Assembly (NCBI RefSeq): GCF_000018105.1
Contig: NC_009925.1
Coordinates: 3,330,001 to 3,362,000, forward strand
Direction of reading: 5' to 3'
DNA from: Acaryochloris marina MBIC11017
Lineage (GTDB): Bacteria; Cyanobacteriota; Cyanobacteriia; Thermosynechococcales; Thermosynechococcaceae
DNA length: 32,000 nucleotides
Of this stretch, positions 25,840 to 32,000 are shown one piece after another; position 1 is the stretch's first letter; the number at the start of each line of letters is the position of its first letter. The notes beneath the pieces are model-generated. The model made no database searches. It worked only from the letters and a program-made list of their open reading frames with translations, and was not told the origin of the DNA. The position numbers and the translations under genes are program-made.

Positions 25840-28344
25840 ATGAAGTACAATTCCAGCCGCTTTCAACATTCCTTATTTCAACTGTTGGTTCGTCTTCAGC
25901 AGACTCGGAAAAATGAGGGAGGGTATAGCTTAGTCGTCACTGTGGCGATGCTGTTGATTTTATCTACCCTGCTCATTAGTGCTGCAGTAGTAAGCAAAGT
26001 GGATACAGCGAGCACCAATGCTTCTGCTAGAAGTAGTAATGGCTTTTATGCTGCAGAAGCTGGGCTGAATTTACGTGCTGCACAGATTCAAACCCAGTTC
26101 CGAGGATTTCAGCGTCCTACCGGAACTTCTCCCACAGACAGCGATAATGATGGTGAGATTTGGGATGATTGTGCCGCTGGCAGCAGTGTTGGCACTGGCG
26201 ATTTTGACTGCCGCGATTTTTCATTCCAAGGTCAAGATGTATTTACTTTCATTGAAGAGGTTGGGCAAGATGACAACCTGGATGGTGTCCCTGATGATTT
26301 AGATGGTGATGGTGTGACTGATCCCATCTCCATTGTTGTGCCACCAGGAGAACGATTTGCAGGGCTCAGTGCTCAAGAATATCGGTATAACTTATGGTCG
26401 GTTGCTCAGCGTGACGATCTGCCCTCTGCAGTATTAGGCATGACTTTCAAGAGTCGAGTTATTCCTTTATTCCAGTTTGCAGTGTTCTATGAAAATGATG
26501 CGGATTTCACCATCCCACCGGATATGACTATTAATGGACGGGTTCATAGTAATGCTGATCTATATCTGAATTCGGCTAGTAATTCCTTTCGATTAACAAT
26601 CAATGGTGATGTCACTACTGCAGGAAAGCTTTATAGAGGAGATAAAGCGAATGTAGGGGGGCAGCAATGTGCGGGTAATGTAACGATTCGCAGACAGGAT
26701 GGTAATCCCCAAGATTTGCTTTGTGGTAGTGGCATTACTGAGTATTTAGATAGCACTACCACTCCTTCTAATATCAGTACGTGGGGGACTGCAATTGATA
26801 CTCAAGTGCCAGTTTTAGAGGTACCACAACCTGAAGTTTATGACCCGACTCCAGGAAGTGCCTATTGGGATGCATCGGATCTTAGGATTGTATTAGAGGT
26901 CGATGCTAATGGTAATCCGACTGATAGAAACGGCAATGGTTATGTGATTGAAATTCGGAACCAAGATGGTACTTCTAATGACACTTTATCTGAACGTCTT
27001 CTAAATGATTGTCCGGTTGCTAGCACAACGTTAAGAAATGAAAATGGTTCGGGTAATCCCAGTTACGAAGTCAATGATACCCGAGTAAAGACTGATAATA
27101 GTACATCTCTCAATGACTTTACGACGGGTGACTTTATCACAATTGGTAATGATATTGATAGTAATGTAGTAACTTCTATCTCTAATGGTGGTAATAAGCG
27201 GTTGTTCATCAGAAGGCGCTTAGGACATGGGTATCAGTCTAATCCTGTTGCAACATCAGGTGAATCTGTTCGTAAAGCAGTTGTTTCTACTTCTGATACC
27301 TTCTATAACTATCGCGAAAAGCATAACGGTACTGATGGAAATGCGGGTAATTATATCCGTATGCTTAACGTAGATGTGCAGGCACTGCTTGACTGTGTCC
27401 ATGACCAGCAACTGATGGGGACTACTCAGCTTGATGATCGTACTGAAGGGGGATTAGTCTGGTTCTTCACGGTTGATGATACAGATCCACTAGTTGATGA
27501 TGATGGTGATTCTTCGACTGCTAATGATTGGATTGAAAAAACGCTCAATTTAACGGGCAGTACTTCTCCGGTGGGCAGTACTTATGGTGTGCGTCTCTAT
27601 AATGGTGCCTCGCTAAATACCACTGCAGCAGTTTCTGGTGCACCTACTATTGAAGGCTTAACCATCATTTCCGATGAAGCTATTTATGTGCGAGGAGATT
27701 ATAACTTGCATACTAATGCTGACCCGGCGCTCGATACGTGGCGACCGGCAGCCTTTATGGCTGACACCATCAATGTTTTATCCAATAGCGCACAATTGGA
27801 TGATTCTGATCAGCGGGCGTATGGCAGCGATAATATTCCTAATGCTTCCTCTAGCGGAAAAATCAATTATTTTGATAATCGTCGTCGAGCTTCTACAACG
27901 ACGATTAATGCAGCCTTTCTATCTGGATCTGAAATTACTGGTACTGAAAATGGGCCTACCTATCAAGCGGGTGGCACCGATTTTGTTGCCAATAGCGATA
28001 GCGGCGGTGTCAACAACTTTCCACGTTTCCACGAAAATTGGTCAGGCATTAGTCTGAACTATCTAGGTTCGCTGGTTAGCCTCAATGAACCACGTCGTGT
28101 AAATTCCAGCTTCTGCGGAAGTTTTAACTCTGGTACGTGTAATATTTATACGCCACCCGTCAGAAATTGGGATTTTGAACAGCGGTTTAATGATGCAGGT
28201 GATTTACCTCCCCTCACACCCCGAACCGTGTATTTGCGCCAAGAATTGTTCCAGCGTGATTTTGATCGAAACTCCAATCGCTCCACTCAGTTGTTTGCGT
28301 CTGCGCCTATTATTCCTTCCATTCAGCCTAAGTTTTCCCTATAG
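25840..28344 (+). CDS. Large (834 aa) PilX_N-type pilus-associated protein with Ca-binding-like Asp-rich motifs; candidate tip adhesin / HpsA- or slr2018-like
   Basis: EGGYSLVVTVAMLLILSTLLISAAVV (no Glu+5) followed by GFYAAEAGLNLRAAQI is the PilX N-terminal pattern. DSDNDGEIWDDC sits at aa 100-111 and DDNLDGVPDDLDGDGVTD at aa 144-161. It is the last gene of the plus-strand module and is followed by a strong hairpin. Confidence 0.7.
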   Translation: MKYNSSRFQHSLFQLLVRLQQTRKNEGGYSLVVTVAMLLILSTLLISAAVVSKVDTASTNASARSSNGFYAAEAGLNLRAAQIQTQFRGFQRPTGTSPTDSDNDGEIWDDCAAGSSVGTGDFDCRDFSFQGQDVFTFIEEVGQDDNLDGVPDDLDGDGVTDPISIVVPPGERFAGLSAQEYRYNLWSVAQRDDLPSAVLGMTFKSRVIPLFQFAVFYENDADFTIPPDMTINGRVHSNADLYLNSASNSFRLTINGDVTTAGKLYRGDKANVGGQQCAGNVTIRRQDGNPQDLLCGSGITEYLDSTTTPSNISTWGTAIDTQVPVLEVPQPEVYDPTPGSAYWDASDLRIVLEVDANGNPTDRNGNGYVIEIRNQDGTSNDTLSERLLNDCPVASTTLRNENGSGNPSYEVNDTRVKTDNSTSLNDFTTGDFITIGNDIDSNVVTSISNGGNKRLFIRRRLGHGYQSNPVATSGESVRKAVVSTSDTFYNYREKHNGTDGNAGNYIRMLNVDVQALLDCVHDQQLMGTTQLDDRTEGGLVWFFTVDDTDPLVDDDGDSSTANDWIEKTLNLTGSTSPVGSTYGVRLYNGASLNTTAAVSGAPTIEGLTIISDEAIYVRGDYNLHTNADPALDTWRPAAFMADTINVLSNSAQLDDSDQRAYGSDNIPNASSSGKINYFDNRRRASTTTINAAFLSGSEITGTENGPTYQAGGTDFVANSDSGGVNNFPRFHENWSGISLNYLGSLVSLNEPRRVNSSFCGSFNSGTCNIYTPPVRNWDFEQRFNDAGDLPPLTPRTVYLRQELFQRDFDRNSNRSTQLFASAPIIPSIQPKFSL

Positions 28345-28371
28345 CCGATGTGAAGGATTGGAAATTTCATA

Positions 28372-28413
28372 ATAGAGAAACCAGGAGCTATGCTTAGCCC
28401 CTGGTTTCTCTAT
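28372..28413 (+). terminator. Strong stem-loop 28 nt after the stop of the 834-aa gene (likely terminator of the plus-strand pilin operon)
   Basis: 14-bp perfect inverted repeat atagagaaaccagg (28372-28385) / cctggtttctctat (28400-28413). The loop can extend the stem by gcta/tagc (28387-28390 / 28395-28398) around a tgct tetraloop. No clear U-tract follows. Confidence 0.55.
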
Positions 28414-28625
28414 ATGCAGAGTGAACTGAACAAGTCTGATCACTGGCCCAGTAATAGGATTTGGTCTCCATCAAAGGGGTAGGATCAGGTAGTCTAGACT
28501 ATGCCCCTATATTCCATACCGACTGCTTATCCCTTAAGACAGTCAGTCCTCAAGCCAAGTTGAAGATGATTTTTGCTCCCATCATTCATCGATTTATCTC
28601 AATATTTGTGTGTGCTTTGTAGCCG

Positions 28626-29645
28626 GTGATCAGCTCTGATACTGGAGTAGCTTTTGACCAGCCGTTAGCCATCATGGTGCTGATCAGTGCAGCAGTGCTT
28701 GATTTTGCCATTGGAGATCCCTGGTGGTGTCCTCATCCTGTGCAAATGATGGGATGGATCGTCCAGCGCTATACCAAGGGAGCATTGCGGTGGTGGAATG
28801 AACCGTGGCAACTGCGGATAGCGGGTATACATCTGACGATTGCCCTGGTCTGTAGTGTGAGCTTGGGCAGCTGGCTGCTGTTTTATGGGTTAGATCGATG
28901 GGCTTGGCCGGTTAGTTTGGGATTAGAAGTTGTTTTGCTCGCCAGTTGTTTTGCGGGACGTAGTTTACATGATGCAGCAGTTGATGTTCTCAAACCGTTA
29001 GAGAGAGCGGATTTGACCGTGGCGAGATCGCGGCTGCGTCGCTATGTCGGGAGAGACACAGATACCTTGGCAGAGCAAGATATCTTAAGGGCTTTACTGG
29101 AGACTGTTGCTGAGAATGCCACGGATGGTGTGATGGCTCCTTTGTTTTATGCTCTAGTCGGTCTTGCCATTCCTGGAGTGGGGCCTGTGCCTGTGGCGTT
29201 GTTCTACAAGGCAGTTAGTACATTAGATTCTATGATTGGGTATCGCACGGCTCCCTACACTGATCTGGGTTGGTTTAGTGCGCGCCTCGATGATGTTTTG
29301 ACCTGGTTTCCTTGCCGATTGATGGTGCTGACGGTGGGGTTGTTATCGGGAAAACTCAAGTCTGTCTGGGTGATTGGTTGGCGAGATGCTCGTAAGGACC
29401 CTAGCCCTAACTCAGGTTGGAGTGAATGTGCCTATGCTGCCATTTTGGGTGTGCAGTTGGGGGGACAAAATTGGTACCGGGGTGTGGCTAAGTTGAAGCC
29501 CCTGCTGGGCAATCCCCTGCAACGGATTACTGAGAAGCATATCGAGGTGGCGATTCGCCTGACCCGCAATTGTTTTTTGCTGTGGTTGGGATTGGCAGTG
29601 GCCTTCACTTGGTTGACAATGCCAACCCCTATGTCCTGGGGCTAA
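28626..29645 (+). CDS. cobD: Adenosylcobinamide-phosphate synthase CobD/CbiB
   Basis: LDFAIGDPWWCPHPVQMMGW, the multi-pass membrane profile, ENATDGVMAPLFYALVG and PNSGWSECAYAAILGVQLGG are characteristic CobD/CbiB blocks. The track start is GTG 28626; ATG 28674 (MVLISAAVLD...) is an equally plausible start. Confidence 0.9.
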   Translation: MISSDTGVAFDQPLAIMVLISAAVLDFAIGDPWWCPHPVQMMGWIVQRYTKGALRWWNEPWQLRIAGIHLTIALVCSVSLGSWLLFYGLDRWAWPVSLGLEVVLLASCFAGRSLHDAAVDVLKPLERADLTVARSRLRRYVGRDTDTLAEQDILRALLETVAENATDGVMAPLFYALVGLAIPGVGPVPVALFYKAVSTLDSMIGYRTAPYTDLGWFSARLDDVLTWFPCRLMVLTVGLLSGKLKSVWVIGWRDARKDPSPNSGWSECAYAAILGVQLGGQNWYRGVAKLKPLLGNPLQRITEKHIEVAIRLTRNCFLLWLGLAVAFTWLTMPTPMSWG

Positions 29646-29650
29646 TGGTA

Positions 29651-30829
29651 TCAGTTGTCTTTGAGTAGTAAATAATAGAGCTGCCCGGATCCCGTCATGA
29701 CTCCTGCCCGTTCTTTTGCTTTTGCCCCAGTGCCCATAAAAATATCTACCCGGCCTGGACCCTTGATGGCGCTGCCTGTATCGTGATCCAGCACAAATCG
29801 GCTGACATCTTTGAATTCCAACGTCTGGCTGGCATTGTAGTAGGGCAAGTTGGTTTGAATCAGCGCTAGCGCGCCAGGGGGCATCAGCGATTTATCCGTA
29901 GCAATGGACCGCTCATCGGTGACGGGGACATTGAGATTGCCCATGGGAGGTGAGCCAAAGGTTTCCTGGAAGAAAACAAAGCTTTTGTTTTTGGGGATAT
30001 AGAGATCTAAATCTTGAGGATTCTCTTCGAAGTACTGGAGGACGACGGGAAGACTCAATTCCTCTAGAGTGAATTTGCCATCGGCAATTAAAGCTTTACC
30101 GATACTGGTGTAGGGATGAGCGGTTTTTCCAGCATAACCGACAGTCATTTCTGTTCCATCTGTTAATCCGAGGCGGGCGGATCCTTGGACTTGCACGAGG
30201 AATGCCTGGATGCGATCGCGTAGCCATACCAACTCCAATCCCTTTAACGGACCTTGAGAGGCTTGCAAACCATCGGCCCCCTCTAACTCGGCGCGGGTGG
30301 GATGGGGCTTGGGCCATGCCTTTAAATCTGCTGGAGCCTGATATAGGGGATAGCGAAACTCGGTGGTGGGTTGGCGGCTCGCGGGATAGGTCGCCTCATA
30401 ATATCCCGTAAAATCGACATTACCCTTTTGGTCATTACCGATGGATTGGTAAAACTGAAACTCCTTTTTGACTGCTGTTTCCAGCGCCTGTGGAGACTTC
30501 GCCTGCACCACTAGCTGACGAAACCGACGAAGGCTACGGGAAACGCGATCGCGGGTAATCCCTGGAACTTTGTAGTCTTGATAATCCTTCTGAGCTTTGT
30601 CAGTTCCTAAATACTCCAAGCTATGATCAATGGCCGTCAGTAACGCTTTATAGTCACCTTTCTGACCATTTACTTTGTTCCATAACTGTTGGTCCTTTGC
30701 TAGACCCTTGGGCAGTTGATCTGTAGAGACGACCTTTAAGGGTAGAGGGTCCACCGGGGGTGTTGCCGCCGTGAGCGGCGTGGTGGCAGCGGTACACCCC
30801 AAAAGCAAAGGCAGAGTCAGAAAAAACAT
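29651..30829 (-). CDS. mltA: Membrane-bound lytic murein transglycosylase A (MltA family) lipoprotein
   Basis: Lipoprotein signal with lipobox LLLGC. The MltA-domain layout is present, and the C-terminal 3D domain shows DHDTGSAIKGPGRVDIFMGTG. Confidence 0.85.
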   Translation of the reverse strand: MFFLTLPLLLGCTAATTPLTAATPPVDPLPLKVVSTDQLPKGLAKDQQLWNKVNGQKGDYKALLTAIDHSLEYLGTDKAQKDYQDYKVPGITRDRVSRSLRRFRQLVVQAKSPQALETAVKKEFQFYQSIGNDQKGNVDFTGYYEATYPASRQPTTEFRYPLYQAPADLKAWPKPHPTRAELEGADGLQASQGPLKGLELVWLRDRIQAFLVQVQGSARLGLTDGTEMTVGYAGKTAHPYTSIGKALIADGKFTLEELSLPVVLQYFEENPQDLDLYIPKNKSFVFFQETFGSPPMGNLNVPVTDERSIATDKSLMPPGALALIQTNLPYYNASQTLEFKDVSRFVLDHDTGSAIKGPGRVDIFMGTGAKAKERAGVMTGSGQLYYLLLKDN

Positions 30830-30848
30830 GCAGTCAAACCATCAGAAC

Positions 30849-31100
30849 TTAATAACGGTCGACGCTAGATAAGAAAACAGGTTCCACACGAATGGCCGTA
30901 ATACTAGATGGCCGGATCACCATATACTCCCCCTGGATATTTTTGATGGGGACGTTAATGAATTCCTTGGAGTCAGACTTGGGAACTAGCTCGTTGCTGT
31001 ACCACTGCTGAAATTCTTGAATGGTTGCAAACCGAACCTCTTCTTTGTGGCCCCCTTCGATAAACAGGTGGACCGCATATTCGTTGGCAGTTCTTGGCAT
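30849..31100 (-). CDS. Small hypothetical protein (83 aa)
   Basis: Clean ATG-initiated ORF 19 nt upstream of mltA on the same strand. Composition is balanced and not low-complexity. I do not recognise a family. Confidence 0.5.
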   Translation of the reverse strand: MPRTANEYAVHLFIEGGHKEEVRFATIQEFQQWYSNELVPKSDSKEFINVPIKNIQGEYMVIRPSSITAIRVEPVFLSSVDRY

Positions 31101-31729
31101 TGTTGGGTGTTGTGATGTACTCCGAGCTAATTATGGACAAAAACTAGCACAAACATAACGAATTGCAAGAACTTATTGTCCAAACCGATTCCAACAACGG
31201 GTAGAAGCTAGGGTAAACCTCCTCCTAATAGGTCGTTGCAGATGTCTGAGTGATAGACAGATATGAACTTTTCATTTTACGGGAATAGTTTTAGAGGGCG
31301 GGATGGATCTAGCTCAAGGTTGACTCAGAGTGACCGCATGATCACTCTTATCTGAAATTTGGCACTGTTCATCGGTTGATAAAGTAGGGAATACTGGGGG
31401 GTTATGGAGGTAATATCTAATAAAAATCTCATTAATTTTTAATGTATTTGTGAATTGAAACTCAATGCAAAAGTTTTCTCGTTAAAGGTTAAGTATCTGC
31501 GAACATCCATGTACTGAGATGAATATCGAAATTAGCTCTAAGTATTGATTGAGCTCAGATGAGCGGATGTTATACCATTTACGAAAATACCAATTTATTC
31601 GTTAAAATAAAAAGTGTTCCCTGTGCTGATAATGTGTGTCAATCGATGGTAAAAACTGATCTAATCCTGAGAATATTAAGGATCTCAGCAGCCAGTTTCA
31701 ACCGTTCTAATTCAGGTCAGCAAAGCAAT

Positions 31730-32000
31730 ATGGACTATAAAAAGTATGGCTGGCTGTGGAAGATCGCAATTGTGCCATCCCTTTCTGGTGGCTTTCTAGC
31801 GGCAATGCCGAATGCTATCGCAGAAGAGAATATTTTAGTTATCCATTCTTATCACCCAGAACTATCTTGGACGGATCAAGTTAAACAGGGGATTGACCAG
31901 TCTTTTCAAAAATATCGGCCAGATGCAAAAGTTTTCCATGAATATCTAGATAGCAAACGTCTGCCAGCGCTAGAACATTCTCAAAACTTTCTAGCGTTGA
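31730..32000 (+). CDS. 5' end of a signalling protein with periplasmic ABC-substrate-binding-like sensor domain (3' end outside window)
   Basis: My own translation from ATG 31730 is open to the window end: MDYKKYGWLWKIAIVPSLSGGFLAAMPNAIAEENILVIHSYHPELSWTDQVKQGIDQSF... It has an N-terminal signal/TM segment. The IL(V/L)xHSYHxxxxWT block is one I associate with the periplasmic domain of many histidine kinases and diguanylate cyclases. It is not in the ORF track because it has no stop. Confidence 0.5.
   Translation, partial: MDYKKYGWLWKIAIVPSLSGGFLAAMPNAIAEENILVIHSYHPELSWTDQVKQGIDQSFQKYRPDAKVFHEYLDSKRLPALEHSQNFLAL

Noticed and set aside
18754-28344. Calling the AT-rich pilin block a mobile genomic island.
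   Set aside because: I see no integrase, transposase, flanking tRNA gene or direct repeats at its borders. The low GC may simply reflect N/I/T/S-rich surface-protein composition. Composition is noted within a finding, but no mobile element is claimed.
25710-28372. Short ORFs overlapping the 834-aa gene (25710..25916+, 26075..26302+, 27674..28057+, 28175..28372+). Similar nested ORFs occur in other genes (5094..5282-, 5104..5298+, 5392..5766+, 8177..8458+, 8566..8940+, 17072..17606+, 17684..18118+ and others).
   Set aside because: All are nested out-of-frame or antisense within longer ORFs that carry recognisable family motifs. None has independent support.
28345-28625. Possible cobalamin riboswitch upstream of cobD. 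The string agtcagtcctcaagcc at ~28534 vaguely recalls a B12 box.
   Set aside because: The match to the B12-box consensus, as I remember it, is poor beyond AGTCAG. I could not find the other conserved helices. The strong hairpin in this spacer is better explained as the terminator of the upstream pilin operon.

Overview
This looks like a cyanobacterial chromosomal segment. Support: nine copies of the HIP1 octamer GCGATCGC, a pentapeptide-repeat protein, a pyruvate kinase with a C-terminal PEP-utilizer swivel domain, and the overall gene content. All family labels come from motifs read in the supplied translations and my memory of family consensus sequences; no search was run. I call about 25 protein genes and see no rRNA, tRNA, CRISPR array, transposase or integrase.

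Layout:
- 1-4555: 5'-truncated giant surface protein, an inverse-autotransporter-type beta-barrel plus two parallel beta-helix passenger modules. The second module contains near-identical 168-bp tandem repeats.
- 4.8-7.0 kb: MnmC-like methyltransferase and a pentapeptide-repeat protein.
- 7.0-12.5 kb, minus strand: redox/metabolic genes (creatininase family, FAD monooxygenase, flavodoxin-like reductase, Rieske-ThDP fusion enzyme).
- 13.0-18.1 kb, minus strand: a tight DUF4346-like / metallophosphoesterase / VWA / acyltransferase operon downstream of pyk.
- 18.25 kb: Rrf2 regulator.
- 18.75-28.35 kb: an AT-richer block of eight pilin-like genes in two divergent four-gene modules around a ~0.9-kb AT-rich control region. 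That region holds a near-consensus CRP-type palindrome.
- 28.6-32.0 kb: cobD, mltA, a small conserved ORF and the start of a periplasmic-sensor protein.

The best candidate for an undescribed system is the twin minor-pilin locus. It carries two alternative FimT/GspH-PilV-PilW-PilX-like sets and an 834-aa PilX_N protein with Ca-binding-like motifs, with no pilus machinery nearby. Secondary candidates are the beta-helix inverse autotransporter, the Rieske-ThDP fusion and the orphan-VWA operon.
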